Shown here piece after piece: positions 40,602 to 48,783 of a stretch of 63,818 nucleotides of DNA. Numbering within the stretch: position 1 is the first letter of the stretch; each line of letters starts with the position of its first letter. The translations under genes were made by a program, and so were the position numbers. The DNA comes from a virus: IMG/VR virus record IMGVR_UViG_3300034069_001263, positions 1-63,818 of that record; one strand, written 5' to 3'. The notes under the pieces are model-generated. The model made no database searches and was not told the origin of the DNA. It saw only the letters and a program-made list of their open reading frames with translations.

Positions 40602-42037
40602 ACTTCACCCCCGTAGCGTTCAGAGCCGCCACGCTGCTGCCTTACGTCGAGCCGCTGCCTTTCGACCCTTACGACCTCCGCCGTCACGGCTGTTACCCTC
40701 ACCAGCTCGACCTGCTCCAGCAGGTGGTAGACCGCATCCGCCAGGGCTATCGCCGCATTCTGATCCAGCTTCCGACCGGCGGCGGAAAGACGAAGCTGGC
40801 CACGGCGCTGCTCGCGTCCGCCGACTGCGCCCAGTTCATCGTGCATCGCAAGGAGCTGATCGAGCAGACCAGCCGAGCGTTCTGGCGGGCCGGCCTGGCG
40901 CACAGCTTCGTGGCGGCCGGGAAGCCCTTCGAGCCGGACGCGGCGCTGCTGCTCGCGGGGATCGCGACGCTGGCGGAGCGGCTGGGCGTGGTGCTGCCGC
41001 CGGAGATGGCGGTGTGGGATGAGGCCCATCATCTCAACGCTTCGACCTGGGCAGAAGCCATGGCGGCGTACCCCGATGCCCTGCATATCGGCCTTACCGC
41101 GACGCCGCAGCGGCTCGACGGGCGGGGGTTGGGCGATCACTTCGAAACGATGGTGCTCGGCCCCTCGGTGAAGTGGTTGATCGCCGAGGGCTACCTGTCC
41201 GACTTCGACTATTACGGACCGCCGCCGGTCGATGAGGATGATGATGCGCTACTGGGCGACGTGGTGGACCACTACCAGCGGTTTGCGCTAGGCGAGCAGG
41301 GCATCGTTTTTGCGTCCAGCCGGGATCACAGCCGCGCCCTGGCAGAGGAGTTCCGGCGGCGCGGTGTCTCGGCGCTGCATGTCGATGGCAGCATGTCAGC
41401 GGCTAAGCGGGAGGAGGCCGATCGGTTGTTCCGCTCCGGTGAGGTGCAGGTCGAGACGAACGTCAACCTGTTCGGCGAAGGCTACGATGTTCCTAACATA
41501 GGTTATGTCGGCCTCGCGCGCCGGACGCAGTCGCTCTCCTGGTTCCTCCAAATGGTTGGTCGCGCGCTGCGGGTTGCACCGGGGAAAACAAGGGCCGTCA
41601 TCTGCGACCACGGGAACAACTGGTTCCACCATGGTATGCCGGACGACGATCGGGCGTGGACGCTGGACGGACGGCTGAAAGGCTCGGGGCCCGGCGGTTG
41701 TAACGCCGATGCGGAGCCGATCCACCAATGTCTGCAATGTTATCTGATCGTTAAATCGTTCATCAAAGTATGCTCACGCTGCGGCACGCCGTTCCCGGTC
41801 AAGTCGAGGAACATGCGGCTGCGTGCCGGGGAGTTGGTGAAGATCGAGCGCGCTGAGGCGCGGGAAGGGGCCGAGGCGGCGAGGAAAGCCGCTGAGCGAG
41901 CGCGGAAGTCGGAAGAACGGGCGTGCGCCGGTCACGGCGAGCTGGTCCAACTGGCTCGGTCTCGCGGTTACAAGAACCCGGAAGGCTGGGCGCGCCTGCG
42001 CATGTCGTTCCGATCATCATGGAAAGGCGCAGCGTGA
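40598..42037 (+). CDS. Superfamily 2 DEAH-box helicase
   Basis: Walker A LPTGGGKT, DEAH (VWDEAHHL), helicase C-terminal motifs, C-terminal zinc ribbon CLQC...CSRC. Confidence 0.8.
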   Translation: MNFTPVAFRAATLLPYVEPLPFDPYDLRRHGCYPHQLDLLQQVVDRIRQGYRRILIQLPTGGGKTKLATALLASADCAQFIVHRKELIEQTSRAFWRAGLAHSFVAAGKPFEPDAALLLAGIATLAERLGVVLPPEMAVWDEAHHLNASTWAEAMAAYPDALHIGLTATPQRLDGRGLGDHFETMVLGPSVKWLIAEGYLSDFDYYGPPPVDEDDDALLGDVVDHYQRFALGEQGIVFASSRDHSRALAEEFRRRGVSALHVDGSMSAAKREEADRLFRSGEVQVETNVNLFGEGYDVPNIGYVGLARRTQSLSWFLQMVGRALRVAPGKTRAVICDHGNNWFHHGMPDDDRAWTLDGRLKGSGPGGCNADAEPIHQCLQCYLIVKSFIKVCSRCGTPFPVKSRNMRLRAGELVKIERAEAREGAEAARKAAERARKSEERACAGHGELVQLARSRGYKNPEGWARLRMSFRSSWKGAA

Positions 42038-42474
42038 CCACCGCCTACGACGATTTGCTCGGCGCCGACCTCGACATCGACACGCGGTCCGAGAAGGCGA
42101 TCCAGAACGACGCGTTGGTGCGACTCAGCGCGCATCCCGACAGCCTATACTGGCGGCAGAACACCGGCCAAGCGTGGCAAGGCCAGCGCCTCCGGCTCAA
42201 AGTCGGTCAGACTTTCCGAGTTGAACACCAAATGGTGATACTTCGCTCAGCCCGCCCGGTCAGTTTCGGGCTGGAAGGCTCGGGCGATATAATGGGCGCG
42301 GAGCAGGGTGTTCCGGTTGCCGTCGAGATGAAGGACCGCGATGGTCAGCAGCGGAAATCTCAAGAAATATTCGAGCGCTGCTGGACGAAGGCGGGTGGTA
42401 TCTATGTGCTCGCGCGCACCGCGGCAGAGGCATCGAACGGAGTCCGGCGGGCCCTCCAAGCCGGTAAAACGTGA
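42034..42474 (+). CDS. VRR-NUC domain nuclease
   Basis: GSGDIMG...VAVEMKDRDGQQRKSQ core; GTG overlaps the helicase stop; N-terminus VTTAYDDLLGAD. Confidence 0.7.
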   Translation: MTTAYDDLLGADLDIDTRSEKAIQNDALVRLSAHPDSLYWRQNTGQAWQGQRLRLKVGQTFRVEHQMVILRSARPVSFGLEGSGDIMGAEQGVPVAVEMKDRDGQQRKSQEIFERCWTKAGGIYVLARTAAEASNGVRRALQAGKT

Positions 42475-42481
42475 AAGTATG

Positions 42482-42496
42482 TCAACTTAAAGTTGA
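42482..42496. promoter_or_regulatory. Palindrome variant TCAACTTAAAGTTGA (perfect 17-bp GTCAACTTAAAGTTGAC, 42481-42497)
   Basis: The right arm forms TTGACA (42493-42498), about 55 nt upstream of ATG 42551 of the XRE regulator. Confidence 0.8.
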
Positions 42497-42550
42497 CACA
42501 TGTTACCGACAGGCCCAATGCCGCGCCGCAGCACAGATGGGAGCGCGACG

Positions 42551-43231
42551 ATGGCATGGGAAGACGTGATCCGGGACCCCGATTTCGGGCGTCGGTTCAA
42601 CCAGGCGTGCGCTGCCAACCGCGAATGCCCTGATGCTGATTACGGCCGTTACAAGTGGCTGGTTGATCAGGCTGCCGTGGTAGGCAAACTGAAGGTCTCG
42701 CAGGAGAGCATCCGCCGATATCTCTACGGGATCAACAAGCCACGTAAAGCCACGTCCGATTTCTTCGCGAAACTGCTCGGCGTGGACGCGACTTGGCTGT
42801 ACCTCGGCGTTGACCCCGGCGTTGCGACGCGGGAACGCAAGGTGCGCAACGCGGAAGCCGATGGTGTGGTCAACGTGATCGCCGGACTTATCCAGATGGA
42901 CGGAGGGCAACCGTCCTTTCCGGCACCGGACGATGTCGAAGCGAATGACCGCAGCATTGACGTGCGCGCCATTATCCGGGGAGCGCACTACAACTTCCAT
43001 GTGACGATCGCGCACAAGAACAAAGGAAAATGGGAGTTCCCGATCCCGGTTCAGCAGAACCTACCCACTATTCTGGGCGTGGTACGAGACGGCTTCGCTC
43101 TGCGAGTCATCGAGATCACTGATGAGGTGATCGAAGGGCATCTTGTGAAGCGTGCTGCGGGTCGTACCGTGGTGCTTTCCGACGACGACATCGAGCCGTT
43201 GCGTTTGAAGTCGTTTCAGAACCGGCTGTAG
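42551..43231 (+). CDS. XRE-family HTH regulator with unknown C-terminal domain
   Basis: HTH LKVSQESIRRYLYGINKPRKATSDFFAKLLGVDATWLYLG; GGGAG upstream of ATG 42551. Confidence 0.55.
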   Translation: MAWEDVIRDPDFGRRFNQACAANRECPDADYGRYKWLVDQAAVVGKLKVSQESIRRYLYGINKPRKATSDFFAKLLGVDATWLYLGVDPGVATRERKVRNAEADGVVNVIAGLIQMDGGQPSFPAPDDVEANDRSIDVRAIIRGAHYNFHVTIAHKNKGKWEFPIPVQQNLPTILGVVRDGFALRVIEITDEVIEGHLVKRAAGRTVVLSDDDIEPLRLKSFQNRL

Positions 43232-43239
43232 GTGGTAGA

Positions 43240-43264
43240 CCCCACCGCGCATCACGCGGTGGGG
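43240..43264 (+). terminator. Stem-loop terminator candidate
   Basis: CCCCACCGCG-catca-CGCGGTGGGG directly after the stop; weak T-tract. Confidence 0.45.
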
Positions 43265-43355
43265 TATCAAGGCTGTCCGGTGGCGGCCGGTCCGATCCGC
43301 TGTTTACTTCATAGCGACCTCCCGGCGACTCGATTGCCACAGCCAGATTGCCAAA

Positions 43356-43370
43356 TCAACAAAATGTTGA
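43356..43370. promoter_or_regulatory. Perfect palindrome TCAACAAAATGTTGA inside a promoter-like spacer
   Basis: TTGCCA (43348-43353), 17-nt spacer, TATCGA (43371-43376). Confidence 0.65.
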
Positions 43371-43405
43371 TATCGACTGAGGTCTTAGGCTGACCGGGAT
43401 CTCCA

Positions 43406-45196
43406 ATGACCAGTGCTATTCAGTTCCAGGCGATGGTGGAGAAAGCCGGCCTGAACATGGATCGGCTGGATAGGATCGTAAACGGCGATGCGTCAACGGC
43501 GGTGAGCGTAGACAACGCCATCGTGCTTTCCATGGCTGCGCTTGCTGCGCAATTGGTTGCAAAGACGCTGATATTCAACCCGCGGGGTCCGTGGCAGAGC
43601 AACACGCCCTACAGTGTTCGCGATCTCGTAGTTGCCAACGGTCTCATCTATGTGGCCGTGCAAGATTTCATCTCCGGCGGCAGCATCGGCGCGGACATCG
43701 CGGCCGGCAAAGTCGCGCTCTACCAGACGGACTTAGTCTCGCAGGGAACGTCAAAGCTCGTTGATGCCTCAACAGGGTTCGCAGGGTCTCAGCAGACTAG
43801 CCTGCAAGATTTCGTCACTAGTTCCGAAATCGACATCTGGCAGGCTTTGACGCTTGCGATGCGAGCCGACGCGATTGGCGGTGGGCTATCGGTGGACATC
43901 TCGCCCGCGATCAACGCGATCCTGGGCTCCGCGACATCCCATTCCATCGACAATAACTCCAACATCAGCGGGCCGACGATCAAGTTCCGCAACTACCGCT
44001 ACTTCGTCGGTAGCACGATCAACCTGAAGCGTACGACCCGACTTCTGGGTGAAGGCTCCGGTATGCCCTGGCAGGGCACAGCAACGCTCGTGTTCCCCGC
44101 GGGCGTCACTGGCATCATCCTGAACCGCATCGACACGATGGGTGCAGGTTTGGAGAATCCGACGACGGCCGGTGCCGACGGGTCGATCATCGAAGGCCTC
44201 AACCTGCATGGCGCGAAGGGCAACGCGGATGCGGCTGGCGGTCCCGGCATCTGGATGCGTGCGCGCGGGCTGATCCGCAACACGCTCATCAGTAGCTTCC
44301 AGGGGGACGGTGCTCGGGTGTTCGCAACCGCTGGCGGCGCCTCGAACGTGCAGGGCAACGCGAACAACTGGCGCATCGAAGGGGGCCGATTCCAAGGTAA
44401 CGGGGGCAATGGCTTGAGCGTCGGTGGCGCACCGGGCTCGGCCGACGTGAACGCCGGAACCTGCGTCGGGCTGGATTGCTCGGGTAACGCCGGCTGGGCC
44501 TTCTATGACGGTTCGTTCCTCGGCAATACCTACATGGGATGCCACGCGGCAGACAACCAGACGGGTGCTTATCACACGGATAACAACAACGCCTGCAATG
44601 TCCTGCTCGGTTGCTACTCCGAAGGTGGGCAGCCGCCATCGGATCTCGCTTATCCGACGATCGTGATGGGCGGGCAGCACGCCGCTGGCATCAAAGGCAC
44701 GGCCGCCTGGCTGAACAATTATCAAGGCCAGCTCGTGGCGATGTACCAGTCAGCCCAGGGCGCGAAGCCTGCCAAATTTGGCATCGTCGATCAGTCCACG
44801 GGTATGGGCATTCGGTTCGACGCCGATCCCAACGCCTACGGGTGGGCGATGGATGTCGCCGATGGCAGCACGCAGCATACCTATGGTTTGGAGACCAGCG
44901 GAAACGACTTCCGCTTCACCCGCGATCACGGCGATACTCCCGTGGCAGCGGTTTGGACCCGCACCAACACGACCAAGCATTGCGGTGGCGATCGGTTTGC
45001 CTTCCCGAACGGATACGGCAACGGGCCTGGTTATGCCAAGGTCGAGTATGGTTACGCGCCGCCGACTTCGGGCTCATACAAGTCGATGGATCGGGTAGAG
45101 AATCTAGGGCCGCTCCCTGGCGGCTTTATCGGCTGGGTCTGCACCGCCGATGGCACGCCAGGCACTTGGAAGGGCTACGGGCTGATCGCGACGTGA
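43406..45196 (+). CDS. Tailspike / tail fibre with right-handed beta-helix (pectate-lyase-like) domain
   Basis: 596 aa; Gly/Asn-rich repeats (GNANNWRIEGGRFQGNGGNGLSVGG, GNAGWAFYDGSFLGN). Confidence 0.6.
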   Translation: MTSAIQFQAMVEKAGLNMDRLDRIVNGDASTAVSVDNAIVLSMAALAAQLVAKTLIFNPRGPWQSNTPYSVRDLVVANGLIYVAVQDFISGGSIGADIAAGKVALYQTDLVSQGTSKLVDASTGFAGSQQTSLQDFVTSSEIDIWQALTLAMRADAIGGGLSVDISPAINAILGSATSHSIDNNSNISGPTIKFRNYRYFVGSTINLKRTTRLLGEGSGMPWQGTATLVFPAGVTGIILNRIDTMGAGLENPTTAGADGSIIEGLNLHGAKGNADAAGGPGIWMRARGLIRNTLISSFQGDGARVFATAGGASNVQGNANNWRIEGGRFQGNGGNGLSVGGAPGSADVNAGTCVGLDCSGNAGWAFYDGSFLGNTYMGCHAADNQTGAYHTDNNNACNVLLGCYSEGGQPPSDLAYPTIVMGGQHAAGIKGTAAWLNNYQGQLVAMYQSAQGAKPAKFGIVDQSTGMGIRFDADPNAYGWAMDVADGSTQHTYGLETSGNDFRFTRDHGDTPVAAVWTRTNTTKHCGGDRFAFPNGYGNGPGYAKVEYGYAPPTSGSYKSMDRVENLGPLPGGFIGWVCTADGTPGTWKGYGLIAT

Positions 45197-45204
45197 TTGC
45201 AGTC

Positions 45205-45219
45205 TCAACACAATGTTGA
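45205..45219. promoter_or_regulatory. Palindrome TCAACACAATGTTGA inside a promoter-like spacer
   Basis: TTGCAG (45197-45202), 17-nt spacer, TACGGC (45220-45225). Confidence 0.6.
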
Positions 45220-45247
45220 TACGGCTAAGCCGGTATCGGAGGAATAG

Positions 45248-45421
45248 GTGCGTGACAGCGAGGTCAAGGCGGGATGCTCGGGCAAGACGCCCTATCTCGC
45301 TTGGAACCATGCCAAGCGCGCCATTTCACGGCCGCGGTTCAGAGACCGAGAAGGGCGGGGCTTGGTAAACATCTACCGCTGCCGGTTCTGCTCGGCATGG
45401 CACATCGGTCGTAGCGCGTGA
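45248..45421 (+). CDS. Small zinc-ribbon-like protein (57 aa, below the ORF-track cutoff; paralogue of 23434-23652)
   Basis: GGAGGAATAG-GTG; hand translation VRDSEVKAGCSGKTPYLAWNHAKRAISRPRFRDREGRGLVNIYRCRFCSAWHIGRSA; GTGA overlap with terS. Confidence 0.4.
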   Translation: MRDSEVKAGCSGKTPYLAWNHAKRAISRPRFRDREGRGLVNIYRCRFCSAWHIGRSA

Positions 45422-46173
45422 GCGAGTTCGACGAATTGCTGGGCAGTGATGCGCCCGCCGCCACTGACGTGCCCGAGCGCCGTCGCATGGGTCGTCCCAC
45501 CAATGAGGAACGCGCGCGCCGCGCCGAGCAGCTTCAGAGAGATGCGCAGTTCCAGCGCGAAGTCCGCATGGCAGGACAGGGGAAGGGTGCGTTCCAACCC
45601 GAGGAGTATTTCGGACTCTGCACGCAGAACCAGATCGGGCGGCTGCTCGGCATGGACCCGATGACGGTGAAACAGCGTCTCCAGGCGGGCGGCGCGAAAC
45701 CGGCCGGCACGGTGGGCTCAGGGCGCCCCGTGTGGATGTTCCGCGACGTGATTCCGTATCTCGTCAAGCCGAAGATGGACATCGACACCTACATCAAGAC
45801 GCTCAACCCGACCGATCTGCCAAACTCAATAAACAAGACCTACTGGGAAGCGCAGCGTATCAAGAACAAGGCGCTGATCGAGACGGGCGAGGCATGGGAC
45901 GATGCTTCGGTGTTGGAAGTGTTCGGCGCGGTGTTCATGCTCTTCAAGGATCGCCTGCCTCTGGTGACGGAGGGGATGCGTGAAGAGGGCTTGACTGAGA
46001 AGCAGTCCGACAAGCTGGCGGGTTTCATCGACCAGTTGCAGCGGGATTTGCACGCCCGGTTGGTTGAGATGCCGCAGCAGCGACGCCTCACGCTGTCGCG
46101 ACAGCAGTCGGTGATGCCCGACGACGGCCCGACCGTGGCTGAGTTTTATGGGGACGAGGTGGAGGCGGACTGA
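45418..46173 (+). CDS. Terminase small subunit candidate
   Basis: 251 aa immediately upstream of the GpA-type large subunit (TGATG junction); HTH-like QNQIGRLLGMDPMTVKQRL; N-terminus MSEFDELLGSD. Confidence 0.6.
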   Translation: MSEFDELLGSDAPAATDVPERRRMGRPTNEERARRAEQLQRDAQFQREVRMAGQGKGAFQPEEYFGLCTQNQIGRLLGMDPMTVKQRLQAGGAKPAGTVGSGRPVWMFRDVIPYLVKPKMDIDTYIKTLNPTDLPNSINKTYWEAQRIKNKALIETGEAWDDASVLEVFGAVFMLFKDRLPLVTEGMREEGLTEKQSDKLAGFIDQLQRDLHARLVEMPQQRRLTLSRQQSVMPDDGPTVAEFYGDEVEAD

Positions 46174-48278
46174 TGGCCTTCCTCTCGCTCGAACACATGG
46201 TGCTGGCCTCCGCGCAGGCTGTGCGCCCACCGGAACGCCTCAGCGTTTCCGAGGCCGCTGAGCGCTACCACATCGTCAAGAACCCCGGCAGCCACTCGGG
46301 CCCGTTCGACTTCGACAAGACGCCCTATCTGCGTGAACCGAACGACCTCCTTACCAGCCTCGACTTCCGCGCCGTCGTGCTAGTCGCGCCAGCGCGGACC
46401 GGCAAATCCGCCACGTTCATCAACTGGCTGTGCCACACCGCCATCTGTGACCCGAGCGACATGATGCTCGTTCACATGGCGCAGCACACGGCGCGCACCT
46501 GGAGCCAGGGCGACCTGTCCAAAGCCATCCGCCACAGCGATGAGCTTAAGAAGCGGATCGCGCCAGGCAAGGCCAACGACAACGTTTACGACAAGACGTT
46601 CCTTTCCGGGATGCGCCTGGAAGTAACGTGGCCGACGATCAAGAACCTGTCCGGCAAGACCTACCGCTACGTCGGCATCATGGACAACGATCGCGTCAAG
46701 CCGCAGATCGTCGAGCAAGAGGCGTTTCTCTTCGACGCCGCGAGGAAGCGCACCGGCACCTACAAGCGTTACGGCATGACCTATGCCGAGACGAGCCCCG
46801 GCTTTCCGATTACTGATCCGAAGTGGTCGCAGCCGGCCGCCGAGCCGCATCAGGCACCGCCCTGCGATGGTCTGCTGTCAGTCTACAATCGTGGCGATCG
46901 ACGCCGCTGGTATTGGCAGTGTCCTTGGTGCGGCGACTGGTTCCAGCCTCGCTTCAACCTAATGCGGTGGCCGAACAGCACCGACTTCATGGAGTCGGCC
47001 GAGCAGGCGTATATCGCCTGTCCGCACTGCTTTGAGGTGAACAAAGACCCGATCATCCATTCAATGATGGGCGAGTTGAACAACGCGGGGAAGTGGCTGA
47101 TCGAGGGTCAGCGGTTTGACGGCGACCAGATCGTCGGTCGGCCGCGTCGCTCGCAGATTGCATCCTTCTGGATGTTCGGGCCGGCGGCGGGACTGGCGAC
47201 CGACTGGAAGGAGTTGGTGCTCAACTACCTTCAGGCGACGGAGGAGTTCAAGAACACCGGCAATGACGGCAACCTCATGACCACGATCACCGTGGATCAG
47301 GGCGAAGCGTACCTGCCTCCGGCGCTGGAAGGCGGCCTACTGCCCGAGCTGCTGAAGAGTCGGGCGGAGGAATGGGGCGGACGCGACGAGCATGGCACGC
47401 CCTATGTGCCCGATGGCGTTCGCTTCCTGATGGCCATGATCGACGTGCAGGCCGGCACGCGACCGAACTTCGTGGTTCACATCTTCGGCGTTGGTGTGGG
47501 CTTCGATATCTGGCACATCGACATGTTCAAGATTGAGCGCTCCGACCGCATCAATCTTGAAACCGGAGAGCGCCACCTGATCGACCCGGCAGCGTACCCC
47601 GAGGATTGGGACGTGCTGATCGGGCAGGTGATGGAGCGGACTTGGCCGCTGAACGACGGCTCCGGCCGACGCATGGCGCTGAAGATGACGGCTTGCGACA
47701 GCGGTGGTCGCGACGGCGTGACCCGCAACGCCTATGAGTTCTACCATCGGCTGCGTGAGGCCGGAAAGGAGAAGCGCTTCCACCTCCTGGCGGGTCGGCC
47801 GAGCCAGACCGATCTTTCCACGTTGCGGTTGTCGCACATCGAGAACTGGACGGGTACCAAGCGGCTGGCTGGCGCGGTCGGCGCGATTCCGCTGTGGCTG
47901 GTTAACTCGAACATCGTGAAGGATGCGGCCGACAGCAAGCTGCGGCGCACCGAGCCGGGCGGCATGATCCACTTCCCGAACTGGGCGCCGGATTGGCTCT
48001 ACTCCCAGCTTACCAACGAGGTGCGGTTGCCGAAGGGGTGGGACAACCCCAACAAGAAGCGGAACGAAGCCTGGGACCTTCTGTCCTACTGCATCGCGTT
48101 CTGCGACCACACAGACATCCGGATGCGGTTCATCAACTGGGAGGCGCCGCCGGGCTGGGCCGCACCGTGGGATCGGAACGACATGGTGGTGGCTTCTAGT
48201 GAGGCGGCGTTGCCGTTTCAAGAGAAGACGGCTAGGCCGAAGAAGTCACTGGCGGATCTGGCGCGGGATATGGCGTAA
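46173..48278 (+). CDS. Terminase large subunit (lambda GpA family)
   Basis: 701 aa; FDFDKTPYLREPNDLLT and Walker A VAPARTGKS; zinc-like CPWCGDW...CPHC. Confidence 0.9.
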   Translation: MAFLSLEHMVLASAQAVRPPERLSVSEAAERYHIVKNPGSHSGPFDFDKTPYLREPNDLLTSLDFRAVVLVAPARTGKSATFINWLCHTAICDPSDMMLVHMAQHTARTWSQGDLSKAIRHSDELKKRIAPGKANDNVYDKTFLSGMRLEVTWPTIKNLSGKTYRYVGIMDNDRVKPQIVEQEAFLFDAARKRTGTYKRYGMTYAETSPGFPITDPKWSQPAAEPHQAPPCDGLLSVYNRGDRRRWYWQCPWCGDWFQPRFNLMRWPNSTDFMESAEQAYIACPHCFEVNKDPIIHSMMGELNNAGKWLIEGQRFDGDQIVGRPRRSQIASFWMFGPAAGLATDWKELVLNYLQATEEFKNTGNDGNLMTTITVDQGEAYLPPALEGGLLPELLKSRAEEWGGRDEHGTPYVPDGVRFLMAMIDVQAGTRPNFVVHIFGVGVGFDIWHIDMFKIERSDRINLETGERHLIDPAAYPEDWDVLIGQVMERTWPLNDGSGRRMALKMTACDSGGRDGVTRNAYEFYHRLREAGKEKRFHLLAGRPSQTDLSTLRLSHIENWTGTKRLAGAVGAIPLWLVNSNIVKDAADSKLRRTEPGGMIHFPNWAPDWLYSQLTNEVRLPKGWDNPNKKRNEAWDLLSYCIAFCDHTDIRMRFINWEAPPGWAAPWDRNDMVVASSEAALPFQEKTARPKKSLADLARDMA

Positions 48279-48284
48279 GAAGAA

Positions 48285-48336
48285 GGGGCGCCAACCCGCG
48301 GAAGGTTAGCGCCCCTATCCGCTGCCAAGCCAGCGG
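48285..48336 (+). terminator. Two consecutive stem-loops after the terminase gene
   Basis: GGGGCGC/GCGCCCC (48285-48315) and CCGCTG/CAGCGG (48319-48336). Confidence 0.4.
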
Positions 48337-48519
48337 GTGGATAATGCTGCGACGGGCCGTTTCCTTCCCGTTTGCGGAGGGTCCGGTATCGCTTGACCCT
48401 GGTTATGGGCGCGACCGGCGTCTAATCTGCTTCGATGCCATTCCCGGTCTAGGGACTTGCGCAGCACAGCCTAACTATCACCGCTACCGATCACGAGCAA
48501 CACCGCCGCGCTTGTAATA

Positions 48520-48534
48520 TCCACATAATGTTGA
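48520..48534. promoter_or_regulatory. Palindrome TCCACATAATGTTGA inside a promoter-like spacer; downstream gene looks leaderless
   Basis: TTGTAA (48512-48517), 17-nt spacer, TATCAG (48535-48540), then 6 nt, then ATG 48547 with no SD. Confidence 0.65.
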
Positions 48535-48546
48535 TATCAGGCGCCC

Positions 48547-48783
48547 ATGGCATCGCTGAGTGAACTTCAACAGCTCATCACGGAAGCCAAAACCGCATAC
48601 CATAAGCTCCAGATCGGTCAGGCGCTTGCGCTTGTCCGCGATCAGAACGGCGAAGAGGTGCGCTACACGCAAGCTGATCGCGGCTCGCTGCGCGCGTATA
48701 TCGACGATCTCCAGGCGCAGATCGACGCGCTGACCCTGCCGCCGAACCCGTGCGCCAGCGGGCCGATGCGGCTCTGGTTCTGA
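48547..48783 (+). CDS. Head-tail joining protein (lambda gpW-like)
   Basis: 78 aa; LSELQQLITEAKTAYHKLQIGQ...LRAYIDDLQAQIDAL pattern; immediately precedes the portal gene. Confidence 0.65.
   Translation: MASLSELQQLITEAKTAYHKLQIGQALALVRDQNGEEVRYTQADRGSLRAYIDDLQAQIDALTLPPNPCASGPMRLWF

Noticed and set aside
48518-48526. DnaA box (ATATCCACA resembles TTATCCACA); similar TCCACA strings at 8069, 14745, 25982, 27151 and 27835
   Set aside because: Each is just the variant left or right half (TCCACA for TCAACA) of the genome-wide palindrome. No clustered DnaA boxes independent of that motif were seen.
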